Notes: a model not told the origin generated them from the sequence alone. Positions 24,953 to 34,945 are shown, numbered from the stretch's first letter. The stretch: 64,000 bases of DNA from an uncultured Candidatus Saccharibacteria bacterium (GCA_964628585.1 CAZVMH010000001.1:64450-128449), one strand, 5' to 3'. Numbers and translations are program-made.

Positions 24953-27151
24953 ATGAAACAGTTCGAAAAAACCTGGCAACACGATAAATTTGAAGAAAAA
25001 ATATACTCTGATTGGGAAAAATCGGGATTTTTTCGGCCAGAATACAGAATACAGAATACAGATAACAGTAAAACTGAACTTCAATATGATCGTGAAAAAG
25101 ACGGGAATCCTTTTGTTATTGCAATGCCACCACCAAATGTTACGGGTAAACTTCACCTGGGTCATTCACTGGTGTTAACACTTGAAGACATTATGATTCG
25201 GTTTCATAGAATGAAAGGGCAGCCTTCTCTTTGGATTCCTGGGATGGACCACGCTGGTATTGCGACCCAAACGGTGGTAGATAAAGCATTAAAGAAAAAA
25301 GGCATCAACAAAAACGATCTTGGACGCGAAAAGTTTATTGAGGAAGTTTGGAAATGGAAAAAGGAATATGGCGACATTATTCTAGAACAGACTCGCAAAA
25401 TGGGTGCCTCCTGTGACTGGTCGCGTGAACGATTCACTATGGATGAGGGATTATCAAATTCTGTAAAAGTAGCTTTTGTTGATTTCTATAAAAAAGGTTT
25501 AATCTATCGCGGTGAATACGTTGTGAACTGGTGTCCTAGATGCCAAACTGCCATTGCTGACGACGAAGTAGAACATATTGAGCAAAAAACCAAGCTTTAC
25601 TATTTTAAGTATGACAAAAATTTCCCAATCACCATTGCCACAACCAGACCAGAAACAAAGTTGGGCGATGTTGGGGTGGCGGTTAATCCAAATGATAAAA
25701 GATACAAAAATTACATCGGTAAAAAATTCGAAGTAAATATTGACGGCGTAAAGCGAAAGATTCTTGTTTTTGGCGATAGATCGGTAGATGAAAAATTTGG
25801 CACAGGCGCCGTTGGCGTAACTCCGGCCCACTCACTTATCGACTGGAAAATGGCAGAGGAGAACAAACTTCCCGTAATAAAAGTTATAGACAAATATGGC
25901 AAAATGACCGAGGAGGCAGGTAAATACGCAGGACTTAAAGCAAAAGAAGCGGGCGATAAATTAGTTGAATATTTTAAAGCAAATGGTCTTCTAGAAAAAG
26001 AAGAAGACTACGACAACAATCTTTCCACCTGTTATAGATGCAACACCGCCATTGAACCAATTCCTTCACTCCAATGGTTTGTAAAAATGAAACCTTTGGC
26101 CGAAAAGGCCAAAGGGGCGGTTAAATCCGGGCAAATTAAAATAATTCCAGAGCAGTATGAAAAAGTATACTTTCACTGGATGGACAATATCCGAGACTGG
26201 TGTATCTCGCGGCAACTTTGGTGGGGACATCAAATTCCAGTTTGGTATAAAGGCAAAGAAGTTTATTGCGGACTGGAAGCTCCAAAAGGAAACGGTTGGG
26301 AGCAGGATCCGGATGTTTTAGACACCTGGTTCTCGTCTGGTCTCTGGCCGTTTTCGACATTGGGTTGGCCCGATAAAACAAAAGATTACAATTACTTTTT
26401 TCCGAACACTGTAATGGAAACGGGAAAAGACATTCTTTTTTTCTGGGTTGCTAGAATGATTATGATGAGTTTGGAACTAACCGGCAAGATTCCGTTTGAA
26501 ACAGTTTATTTGCATGGTATGGTTCAAGATGAGCATAACAAGAAAATGAGCAAATCCTCTGGCAATGCTCTTGACCCACTGACGCTGATTGAAAAATATG
26601 GCACAGACGCAATTAGAATGTCCTTGGTTGTTGGGGCGACTCCTGGCCAGAATATTGCCATGAGCGACGCAAAGATTAAAGGCTACAGAAATTTCTCCAA
26701 TAAAATATGGAATGCCTCACGTTTTGTAACACTTAGAGTTTCAGAGGGCGATCTGCAGGCAGGTGAAGTTGGTCCTCAAAAAATTGAAAACCTAAATATT
26801 GATGCCAAAACATTGACCGAAGCAGACAAAGAAATTTTGTCTTTGCATAAAGAAATCGTTTCGGCCGTAACAGAAAAAATCGAAAAGTTTCGTTTCTCGC
26901 AAGCGGGCGAAGAGCTTTACGAATATTTCTGGCATCAATTTTGTGATATTTACATCGAAAAAGCAAAATTACAGCTTGAAGGAGAAAATAAGGAAAATAC
27001 TAAAAAGATTTTAATTAAAATACTATCAGAATCACTTGCCATGCTTCACCCTTTCGTACCATTTGTTACAGAAGCGGTCTGGCAAGAACTCCGCGAAATT
27101 TACCCAAAACTTTCAAAATCAATAATGATCTCTAGCTGGCCCAATATTTAA
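24953..27151 (+). CDS. valS: Valyl-tRNA synthetase (short form, 732 aa, lacking the C-terminal coiled-coil)
   Basis: PPPNVTGKLHLGH, the editing-domain motifs TTRPETKLGD and GTGAVGVTPAHSLID, and KMSKSSGN. An in-frame tandem heptamer (gaataca)x3 lies near the 5' end. Confidence 0.8.
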   Translation: MKQFEKTWQHDKFEEKIYSDWEKSGFFRPEYRIQNTDNSKTELQYDREKDGNPFVIAMPPPNVTGKLHLGHSLVLTLEDIMIRFHRMKGQPSLWIPGMDHAGIATQTVVDKALKKKGINKNDLGREKFIEEVWKWKKEYGDIILEQTRKMGASCDWSRERFTMDEGLSNSVKVAFVDFYKKGLIYRGEYVVNWCPRCQTAIADDEVEHIEQKTKLYYFKYDKNFPITIATTRPETKLGDVGVAVNPNDKRYKNYIGKKFEVNIDGVKRKILVFGDRSVDEKFGTGAVGVTPAHSLIDWKMAEENKLPVIKVIDKYGKMTEEAGKYAGLKAKEAGDKLVEYFKANGLLEKEEDYDNNLSTCYRCNTAIEPIPSLQWFVKMKPLAEKAKGAVKSGQIKIIPEQYEKVYFHWMDNIRDWCISRQLWWGHQIPVWYKGKEVYCGLEAPKGNGWEQDPDVLDTWFSSGLWPFSTLGWPDKTKDYNYFFPNTVMETGKDILFFWVARMIMMSLELTGKIPFETVYLHGMVQDEHNKKMSKSSGNALDPLTLIEKYGTDAIRMSLVVGATPGQNIAMSDAKIKGYRNFSNKIWNASRFVTLRVSEGDLQAGEVGPQKIENLNIDAKTLTEADKEILSLHKEIVSAVTEKIEKFRFSQAGEELYEYFWHQFCDIYIEKAKLQLEGENKENTKKILIKILSESLAMLHPFVPFVTEAVWQELREIYPKLSKSIMISSWPNI

Positions 27152-27175
27152 AATAGACCAAAGGAATTATCGGAG

Positions 27176-27865
27176 GTGTTAATGATAGGCATGAAACCTG
27201 GACCGGAAGTTGGAGGAGAATATAAATATTTAACAAACAGAACAGATAGAGAGGCAATTTTTGATTGTACTAAAAATTTAGTTGAATATGTTTATAACAA
27301 TCAAATTCCTCATATTGTATTATTTGATCGAAGTGCAAGACCGATGAGTACTGCAATATTGAAATATTGGATGGAAACTTATCCAAATGATCCTCGACCA
27401 GAGATAGAATTTATCAATCCTGATGGTTTTCGTGATTTTGCCTTTTATAGACAAAAAGATGCTGATTTAGAGAGTCATAAGAACGTTGTGAAGCAAGAAT
27501 TTGTACAAAATTACCCAAAATTAATGGCGGACAGAGATAAATCGATTTTACTTTTTGATGTTTGTATACATTCAGGCGATACAATGGAGCCAGTTGTTAT
27601 TGCTCTTAAAGAATTCGGCTTTACAAATTTAATAATTGGTTCGGCTAAATCTGAAGATATGGGATCGGCAGTTACACCAGATGTCACATTCATTGATGAA
27701 TCTCAGAGTCTGTGTGAACCTTTCCCTCAAAGCGTAGTTGAGAAAACAAACGATAGTGTTCACACCAAGAGACGGGTTGCAAATAGCCAATTTCTAAAAG
27801 AGGCTCGTGGTGCTAGACAGGAGATTAAACAAATGATTGAAGAAGGTACTGATAAAACCATATAG
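27176..27865 (+). CDS. Phosphoribosyltransferase-domain protein (PRT type I fold), function unknown
   Basis: 229-aa ORF with a PRPP-binding-like motif (ILLFDVCIHSGDTM) and a good SD (GGAGGTG). Confidence 0.45.
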   Translation: MLMIGMKPGPEVGGEYKYLTNRTDREAIFDCTKNLVEYVYNNQIPHIVLFDRSARPMSTAILKYWMETYPNDPRPEIEFINPDGFRDFAFYRQKDADLESHKNVVKQEFVQNYPKLMADRDKSILLFDVCIHSGDTMEPVVIALKEFGFTNLIIGSAKSEDMGSAVTPDVTFIDESQSLCEPFPQSVVEKTNDSVHTKRRVANSQFLKEARGARQEIKQMIEEGTDKTI

Positions 27866-27901
27866 AAATGATTTTTCTAGCAATTTTCGATTTCGTTTTT
27901 G

Positions 27902-27930
27902 TTGACTTTATTTTTATTGGTGGTTACTAT
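27902..27930 (+). promoter_or_regulatory. Sigma70-like promoter (TTGACT, 17-nt spacer, TACTAT) upstream of purF
   Basis: -35 at 27902-27907 and -10 at 27925-27930. purF starts with GTG at 27988, preceded by an AGGAGG SD. Confidence 0.45.
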
Positions 27931-27987
27931 CTAAGTAACGGGTCTTAAGTAAAAAAGATTAAGCAAACCAAAACCTAGGAGGCAAAT

Positions 27988-29523
27988 TTGTGTGGAATAT
28001 TCGGAACTATTTGCTGTAATAAAGATTGTCAAAACTCTCTAAATACCGCTAGCATGACATACAGGGGGTTAACGGGACTTCAACATAGAGGTCAAGAAGC
28101 GGCTGGAATTTCTGTAAGCAATGGGAAAGAAATATTCACAAAAAAAGGTTCAGGCTGGGTTTCTCATGTTTTTAATAAAAAAATATTAGAGAAGATGGAG
28201 GGAAATTTAGCGATTGGTCATAACAGATACGGTACGACAGGTGGCTCTACTGAAAAAAATGCTCAACCTTTCTATAAAAAAGAAAATTACGAATTAGCAT
28301 TGGCTCACAATGGGAACTTGGTTAATAGCCATGCTCTGCGACAGGAGCTAGAAAAAGAAGGGGCACATTTCGATTCAACCACTGATTCAGAAGTCATAAC
28401 AGAAATGATTGCTCGATCAAAAAAACCTACAATTGAAAAAGCAGTTATAGATGTATGCACCAAGATTCGTGGTGCATATTCTTTATTAATCCTCACAAAA
28501 AACAAAATTATTGCCGTCCGCGATCCGCACGGTATCCGTCCTCTTTCTCTTGGTTATAAAGGAAATCAGAACAGTCCAGATTTTTATTTTTTAGCTTCAG
28601 AAACTGCTGCTTTCAATGTGACTGGATCTCATTATATTCGCGAAATTCAGCCAGGTGAGGTTCTTTCTATAAGTCCACAAGGTAGAAGATCATTTAGACT
28701 TCCTGAAGAAGCAAATCTTAAACTTTGTATTTTCGAACTGATATATTTAGCTCGACCAGATAGTATATTTCATATCACTAAACCAGACGGTAAAACTATT
28801 CCAATCGGCGTTCATCAGGCCAGATTGAATATGGGCGCGCAGTTGGCAGAGGAAAATATTGCAGATAAAGGATTCGATATGGTCGCACCGGTTCCAGACT
28901 CGGGCAACCCAGCTGCAATTGGTTTTGCCAAAGAGAGTAAAATTCCTTTTGGTCAGGCTTTTACGCGTGACAGATACTATGCCGAAAGAACATTTATTAA
29001 CCCAGATCAAGATTCGAGGAAAGAGGGAGTTCTTCAGAAACTTTTTCCGCTTACCGATCAACTTTACAATGTGCGAATGGTCTTAGTTGAGGACTCCATA
29101 GTTCGCGGAACAACACTTGGTGTTTTGGTTCGAACAGCAAAAGAAGCAGGTGCTTGTGAAGTACATGCTAGAATTTCTTCTCCGCAATATCGTAATCCTT
29201 GCCATTTAGGAATTGACACTCCAGAAAAAGAAAAATTAATAGCAGCTAATATGGACGACGAAGAGATTGCTGAATATGTTAGTGCTGATAGCGTGAAATT
29301 CCTCTCGCTAGAAGGACTCATAAAAGCGCTCGGCATACCAAAAACTTGCTTCTGTTGTGCTTGCTTTGATGGTAAATATCCAGTCGAACCAGAGGAAGAA
29401 GAAAAAGGTAAGTTTATTCTTGAGAAAAAATCAAAAGATATAACATTAAAATCATCAGTCCAAGAGCCACAAAATCTAGAACAAAAAGGTACAAAAAAAT
29501 CCCCCCAACCTGTATTATTTTAA
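27988..29523 (+). CDS. purF: Amidophosphoribosyltransferase (glutamine-PRPP amidotransferase; Ntn-hydrolase Cys2, PRTase domain, C-terminal 4Fe-4S Cys cluster)
   Basis: An N-terminal (M)CGIFG, type-II glutamine amidotransferase and PRT motifs, and a C-terminal CFCCAC...DGKYP segment. Confidence 0.8.
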   Translation: MCGIFGTICCNKDCQNSLNTASMTYRGLTGLQHRGQEAAGISVSNGKEIFTKKGSGWVSHVFNKKILEKMEGNLAIGHNRYGTTGGSTEKNAQPFYKKENYELALAHNGNLVNSHALRQELEKEGAHFDSTTDSEVITEMIARSKKPTIEKAVIDVCTKIRGAYSLLILTKNKIIAVRDPHGIRPLSLGYKGNQNSPDFYFLASETAAFNVTGSHYIREIQPGEVLSISPQGRRSFRLPEEANLKLCIFELIYLARPDSIFHITKPDGKTIPIGVHQARLNMGAQLAEENIADKGFDMVAPVPDSGNPAAIGFAKESKIPFGQAFTRDRYYAERTFINPDQDSRKEGVLQKLFPLTDQLYNVRMVLVEDSIVRGTTLGVLVRTAKEAGACEVHARISSPQYRNPCHLGIDTPEKEKLIAANMDDEEIAEYVSADSVKFLSLEGLIKALGIPKTCFCCACFDGKYPVEPEEEEKGKFILEKKSKDITLKSSVQEPQNLEQKGTKKSPQPVLF

Positions 29524-29540
29524 TTTATCCAATAGTACTA

Positions 29541-29725
29541 ATAGTCTCTTATTTTAGCTTCAAAAGCTTTTTCTATAGAACTAATTATTTTTTCAACAAT
29601 TTCTTCGGCTTCTTTGTCGGTCAGAGTTTTTGATTCAGCTTGAAGATAAATGTGGTAAGCTACATTCTTTTTGTCTTCGCCAAATTTGTCGGAGGCGAAC
29701 TCATCGAACAATTCAACTCGGTTTA
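29541..29725 (-). pseudogene. Orphan duplicate of the pheT 3' end (~170 bp; encodes an in-frame remnant ...EEIVEKIISSIEKAFEAKIRDY* with its own stop codon); repeat copy A
   Basis: A 104-bp core (29590-29693) is 100% identical to 31364-31467 inside pheT. The flanks are about 75-80% identical, with conservative codon changes (ALDAKIRNY to AFEAKIRDY). Confidence 0.6.
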
Positions 29726-29776
29726 TGATATTTGGCTGATCTAAGAATTATGCCCAGAGAATACTCATATCAATTT

Positions 29777-31306
29777 TTAATCCGGCCAGTCCATTCCGGC
29801 CCAGCCATAATCATTTTTAAACATGTTTTTAACACATTGACTTGATTTCAAATATATATTCCTAATGTCTTCACCAGTTTTGTGATATTCTTGTTGGGCA
29901 TTAACAAACTCTCTTGAACAAGAAGGGTTTGGATCAGAATCATGGACATAGACAACTGTTCCGATTGATGTTAAATTAAAAAGTTTTTTGGCATCATGGT
30001 CAACAAGTCCTATACATCCAGCAGTTCCCATTCCCGCGGCATGAAAACCGTAATTGCCTACAAAGTTTTGCCAGTAAGGCATATCCATCTGCCAGATTGA
30101 AGAAAACCGATGTTCTGCTTTAGATAAAATTCTATAAGTGCCCGATGGTGCGTTGTCATCATAACCTCCATCCATAAAGCGAGTGTTGAAAATTATTACA
30201 TTATTTTTATCTACCATGACGACTTTATGTGCAAAAAGATCAACATCAATATATGCCTCATGAAATCTGCCAGTGGTGCTAAAATTGATAGTAGAAACGG
30301 GAAGTGGAATTGTCACATCACTTTTAGTAATATTATCCATAATTAACTGTGAAGTTTTTAAAATATCAAGAGCTTTCCCAACTCTTCCATTCTGAATGAC
30401 AGCATTGCTTACATAATCAATCCTTTTGTCTATAACACTGACATTATTTTGACTCGCGATAGTACTTGAATATATTTTGATTTTTTCAATATCAAAATAA
30501 GGTTCGTAGTTCTTGGTTTTATCGAACGATAGCCACGAAAGAAGATTTGTTTTTGTGACAGGGATGATTTTTGATTCGTAACTTAGTTTGATATTTCTGT
30601 TTGAGAGAGCAAGAGCTTTTTCTAGGCCAGGGGTCAGGTCGCTAATAACTAGTAATGGTTTTTCTTCATCAAGCGGAATATTTAATTCTTCAGTTTGTTT
30701 ACTATAAAATCCTTGATAAATTTTGTCATATAAACTTTCAATATTGATACGATATCCGATTTCCTCTGGTTTAATAGAAATTTTATCACCGTCGATAACG
30801 AAACTTGCATCAATAGATGATTTCTCAAATTCATTTTTGATTGTATCCAAAAAAGCATTTCTTGTGTTGTCAATAATAATTGGTTTTGGTTGAACATCTT
30901 TACCTTTGAATACGATTTTATAAAAATCAATTATTCCAGCAATACTGTTGGTCCGGCCCAAATTATAAGTTTCATTTAAAGAAGCAGAATTATCAATTAA
31001 AAAACCTGTGCCAAAATAGGTCGATTTGAAAATCTTGTCATTTGCTTTAAAAGTTATCTCATTCTTTAGTAATATTTCGTTTTGTTCCGAAATAATCTGA
31101 TCTGCTTCACTTTTGGTCTTGCCAGAGAGTTCGATGCCCGAATACTTAATGTTGTTTATTATTTTGTCTTTATAAAAATAACGGTAGGCCAAAACAAAAG
31201 AGACTGATAATATGAAGAGAACTACCAAAATGGCAACCGTATAAATCAATGGCTTTAATATTTTTGAGAAATTATTCACATCTATATTATATATTTTTTG
31301 AACCAT
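29777..31306 (-). CDS. L,D-transpeptidase (YkuD) domain protein with an N-terminal TM anchor
   Basis: 509-aa ORF with the catalytic motif FHAAGMGTAGCIGL (H..G..C) near the C-terminus and an N-terminal signal-anchor. It sits 5 bp downstream of pheT on the same strand. Confidence 0.65.
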   Translation of the reverse strand: MVQKIYNIDVNNFSKILKPLIYTVAILVVLFILSVSFVLAYRYFYKDKIINNIKYSGIELSGKTKSEADQIISEQNEILLKNEITFKANDKIFKSTYFGTGFLIDNSASLNETYNLGRTNSIAGIIDFYKIVFKGKDVQPKPIIIDNTRNAFLDTIKNEFEKSSIDASFVIDGDKISIKPEEIGYRINIESLYDKIYQGFYSKQTEELNIPLDEEKPLLVISDLTPGLEKALALSNRNIKLSYESKIIPVTKTNLLSWLSFDKTKNYEPYFDIEKIKIYSSTIASQNNVSVIDKRIDYVSNAVIQNGRVGKALDILKTSQLIMDNITKSDVTIPLPVSTINFSTTGRFHEAYIDVDLFAHKVVMVDKNNVIIFNTRFMDGGYDDNAPSGTYRILSKAEHRFSSIWQMDMPYWQNFVGNYGFHAAGMGTAGCIGLVDHDAKKLFNLTSIGTVVYVHDSDPNPSCSREFVNAQQEYHKTGEDIRNIYLKSSQCVKNMFKNDYGWAGMDWPD

Positions 31307-31311
31307 AGAAT

Positions 31312-33561
31312 CTAATAGTTTCGGATTTTTGCGTCGAGAGCTTTTTCTATAGAGCTAATAATCTTTTCAACAATTTCTTCGGCTTCTTTGTCGGTCAGAG
31401 TTTTTGATTCAGCTTGAAGATAAATGTGGTAAGCTACATTCTTTTTGTCTTCGCCAAATTTGTCGGAAGCGAACTCATCAAAAAGTTCGACTCTATTAAT
31501 TAGTTCCGATTCTTCATATATCAAATTTGTAATTTTGTCTGCTTCAACACTGGCGTCGACGATAAAAGCGACGTCTCGAGTAATGGATGGGTATTTTGAA
31601 ACGGCTCGGTAATGAATTTGTTTGTCAGAAAGTGTGAGCTCAATATTATCTTTATTAATTTTTGAGTTCTTATTAATATCATCAATTTTGATCTCAAAGG
31701 TATAGGTGACCGGTTTTTTGATTTTAAATTTAAGCAGATCATCTCGAGAAAGTTCGTTAACTTGAATATCAAGATCCAATTTCAATTTATCTTTCAAATT
31801 AGAAATAGCAGATTCGATTTCTTTTTTGGCGTTCTTTCCGCTTGAGGCAAGGGCCAAATGGGCTTCTTCGGAGCTGGTTGTGAAAACATTGCCAATTTCG
31901 AAGATTAAAACTGGGTCAAAAATCGGATTTTTGGCAACGGCTTTCAAAAGTGAAGGCAATAAAAATTTTCGCAGATATTTATTTTCTGGTTGAACTGGAT
32001 TAGCAACTTCTAATAGATCGGTTTTGTCTAATTTAAGCGCTTCCAAGTCGGCTTCGCTTAAAAACGAATAAGTGTTAACTTCAGAAAAGCCGGCCTCAAC
32101 TAAAACATCTTTCATGTGCTCTTTAAAATGGTAAATTCCACTTTTTGGCTTTTCTGTCTTTGGTGTCTCAACCTTGGCAATATTATTCAAATCAAATATT
32201 CGCCCAATTTCCTCGGCCAAATCTTGCCAGATGGTAACATCATGACGCCATGAAGGGGCTTGAACCATATTATCTTTCAGTACGAAGCCCAAGTTTTCAA
32301 GATATTTCTTGGCGTCAGCCTCTTTGATGTCTGTTCCAAGTAAATTATTAATGCGCTCCAATTCAAATGGAACCCAAGTGTTTTCATAAGTGCTAGCAAT
32401 ATTTGTTTTCTTTCCAGTAATTTTCCCACCACAGAGTTCAACTATCAGACTAGTCGCTTTGTCTAAGGCTTTCTCGGTCATCTCAGGGTCAATTCCTCTT
32501 TCAAAACGGTAGCTAGCTTCAGTTGCCAGCCCCAACTTTTTAGCAGTTTGGCGAATATTTACAGGATTAAATTCAGCAGATTCCAAAATTATCGAAGTTG
32601 TGTTATCGTCAACTTCAGAATTTAGTCCACCCATAACACCAGCTAGCGCAACGGCTTTTTCTGGATCGGCAATCACGAGCATTTCTTCACTCAAAATTCG
32701 TTTCTCATTATCAAGAGTGATAAATTCTTCATCTTTTTTGGCTTCTCGAACAACAATATTGTTATCAGATATTTTCTTGGCATCAAAAGCATGAAGGGGT
32801 TGGCCTAAATCAAACATTATGTAGTTGGTGATATCTACCAAATTATTGATCGATTTTCCGTCCATTGCCTCAATTTTTTTGACTAGCCAGTCAGGAGAAG
32901 GACCAATTTTAATATCAGAAATGGTGATTCCACAGTAGCGAGGACATTTTTCAGGAGATAAAATTTCAATTAAAAAGTCAGAATCCTTGTCATCGATTTT
33001 CGGAATATCAAGATCCAATTTCTTGTCCAATACGGCTGAAAGTTCTCGCGCCATACCAACATGCGAAAGACAATCGCCACGATTTGGCGTGATTTCAAGG
33101 TCAAAAATTGCATCGCTATCGAGTAGATCGACAACTGATTTGCCCAACGGTGTATTGGCGGGCAATTGCATTATGCCTTCGTGATTTTCGGAAATGCCGA
33201 GTTCCTTTTCACTGCAAAGCATGCCGAAGGATTTTTCACCTCGGATCAAAGCTTCTTTTATCTCAAAATCAGAAAATTTAGTACCAATCTTGGCTAGTGG
33301 CACAATCTGATCGACAGCAATATTTGGGGCGCCACAGACAATATTAAATTCTTCTTTGCCGTCGGTAACCCTGGCAAGTTGAAGTTTGTCGGCATTAGGA
33401 TGTTTTTTGACTTCTAAAATTTTTACGGCGACAACTTTTTTGTCAATTTTGCCCAAAACTTCATCTACTAGAGAGCCTGAAAAAGTCAAAAGATCGGCAA
33501 TCTCTTCGTTTGATTTATCTGTCTTAACATATTCAGTTAACCAACTTCGTAATATCTTCAT
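31312..33561 (-). CDS. pheT: Phenylalanyl-tRNA synthetase beta subunit
   Basis: 749-aa ORF with the N-terminus MKILRSWLTEYV and PheT-like B3/4, B5 and FDX-ACB segments. It is coupled to pheS through an ATGA overlap. Its 3' end contains repeat copy B (31331-31500). Confidence 0.85.
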   Translation of the reverse strand: MKILRSWLTEYVKTDKSNEEIADLLTFSGSLVDEVLGKIDKKVVAVKILEVKKHPNADKLQLARVTDGKEEFNIVCGAPNIAVDQIVPLAKIGTKFSDFEIKEALIRGEKSFGMLCSEKELGISENHEGIMQLPANTPLGKSVVDLLDSDAIFDLEITPNRGDCLSHVGMARELSAVLDKKLDLDIPKIDDKDSDFLIEILSPEKCPRYCGITISDIKIGPSPDWLVKKIEAMDGKSINNLVDITNYIMFDLGQPLHAFDAKKISDNNIVVREAKKDEEFITLDNEKRILSEEMLVIADPEKAVALAGVMGGLNSEVDDNTTSIILESAEFNPVNIRQTAKKLGLATEASYRFERGIDPEMTEKALDKATSLIVELCGGKITGKKTNIASTYENTWVPFELERINNLLGTDIKEADAKKYLENLGFVLKDNMVQAPSWRHDVTIWQDLAEEIGRIFDLNNIAKVETPKTEKPKSGIYHFKEHMKDVLVEAGFSEVNTYSFLSEADLEALKLDKTDLLEVANPVQPENKYLRKFLLPSLLKAVAKNPIFDPVLIFEIGNVFTTSSEEAHLALASSGKNAKKEIESAISNLKDKLKLDLDIQVNELSRDDLLKFKIKKPVTYTFEIKIDDINKNSKINKDNIELTLSDKQIHYRAVSKYPSITRDVAFIVDASVEADKITNLIYEESELINRVELFDEFASDKFGEDKKNVAYHIYLQAESKTLTDKEAEEIVEKIISSIEKALDAKIRNY

Positions 33562-33563
33562 AA

Positions 33564-34346
33564 TTAAAATTGCTTAAGGAATCTTAAGTCACCGCTCTTA
33601 AAAAGACGAATTTCTTTAATACCGTATTTGATCATGATGGCTCGTTCAATGCCGGGACCAAAAGCGTAACCAGAATATTCATTCGAATCAATTCCCATAT
33701 TTTCTATAACTTTAGGGTGAACCATACCAGCGCCACCTAACTCAAACCATTTGCCACGGAATTTCATCTCAAATTCGATTGAAGGTTCGGTAAAAGGAAA
33801 GTGGTGAGGACGAAATCGTAAAATGGTGTCTTCTCCGAGCAATTCTTTATATAGTTTTTCCAAAATATCGAAAAGCTGTCCCATCGAGACTTTTTTATCA
33901 ATATAAAGACCCTCAATCTGCATGAAGGTATTTTCGTGTCCAGAATCGGTTGCTTCATTTCTATAACATACACCGGGTACGATAACTTTGATTGGTGGCT
34001 TATGACTTTCGCCATATTTTACCTGCGAGTTGGAAGTTTGAGTTCGAAGTAACCTGCCATCGGTTAGCCAAAAGGTATCCTGAACATCTCGAGATGGGTG
34101 ACTAGCAGGCACATTGAGCGCATCAAAGTTGTACCATTCAGTATCAACTTCTGTTCCCTCATAAACGTCAAAACCGTAGCGTTCAAAAAAAAGCACCGCT
34201 TGGCGAATTGCACTAGTAATCGGATGTAAATTTCCCTTAATCATTACTATTATAGTAACAAAAGTTTGTGCTAAGTTCAATTGAGGTATTGCATTAATAT
34301 AGTAGAAGGCATATTTTGAAACTAATGAGGGAAAGAATAAAGACAA
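33564..34346 (-). CDS. pheS: Phenylalanyl-tRNA synthetase alpha subunit, N-terminally truncated (catalytic core only; the probable true start is MIKGNLHPITS at 34244, giving ~226 aa)
   Basis: Class II motifs: GNLHPIT (motif 1 region), FDALNVPASHPSRD, and the motif 2 and 3 regions (FRPHHFPFTEPS, GFAFGPGIERAIM). The first 34 aa of the long ORF are hydrophobic non-protein-like sequence. Confidence 0.8.
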   Translation of the reverse strand: MSLFFPSLVSKYAFYYINAIPQLNLAQTFVTIIVMIKGNLHPITSAIRQAVLFFERYGFDVYEGTEVDTEWYNFDALNVPASHPSRDVQDTFWLTDGRLLRTQTSNSQVKYGESHKPPIKVIVPGVCYRNEATDSGHENTFMQIEGLYIDKKVSMGQLFDILEKLYKELLGEDTILRFRPHHFPFTEPSIEFEMKFRGKWFELGGAGMVHPKVIENMGIDSNEYSGYAFGPGIERAIMIKYGIKEIRLFKSGDLRFLKQF

Positions 34347-34927
34347 TTTTAACGCTTTTAATAATAATTTGTTCCATTGGGGCGATTGTTCAGTTCATTT
34401 TAATATGTAAAAACAACTTAACGTCACCGGAAAATTTAGTTAGTGAAAAAACTTATAATATTGAAATTGGTACTAAGTTTATAAAGTTTAAAATAGAAAC
34501 CTATTCCGATGCCGAAGGATTCAGTTCTTATATTATAAAAAAGAATTTTACTCATGTCGAAAAGTTAAAACTATCTGGTTTTGAACATGATATAAATTTT
34601 TATAAAGAACGATCGGTGAATTTGGATGGGCAAGAATTATTACTACTTTTCGGGGATGTTGGGGTTCATGCCCAAAATATTCAAGTCGTGAATTTTATGG
34701 ACAATAAAATCAAAGCAGTAAAAATTGAAGAAAATAAAAATCTTTTAGATAATATAATGACAGACGTACCAAATTTCATAATTGAAGATAATATGAAGAT
34801 CTTAACAATTGATCTGCGGGATTATGACAAAGATCCAACCATGTTCTCTAAAAAGAATGTTTATAAGTGGCAAAACGGACGGTTTGTTTTTGACAGAGCT
34901 GAAGATTTCTCATATAATGAAGAGTGA
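34316..34927 (+). CDS. Hypothetical membrane-anchored protein
   Basis: 203-aa AT-rich ORF with an N-terminal TM helix (ILTLLIIICSIGAIVQFILI). Confidence 0.4.
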   Translation: MKLMRERIKTILTLLIIICSIGAIVQFILICKNNLTSPENLVSEKTYNIEIGTKFIKFKIETYSDAEGFSSYIIKKNFTHVEKLKLSGFEHDINFYKERSVNLDGQELLLLFGDVGVHAQNIQVVNFMDNKIKAVKIEENKNLLDNIMTDVPNFIIEDNMKILTIDLRDYDKDPTMFSKKNVYKWQNGRFVFDRAEDFSYNEE

Positions 34928-34945
34928 AGTTAATCAAAGGAGAAA

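Noticed and set aside
25040-25063. Tandem heptamer (gaataca)x3 inside valS
   Set aside because: It is in-frame low-complexity coding sequence (YRIQNTD) in a variable N-terminal region of ValRS. It is not a repeat element or CRISPR.
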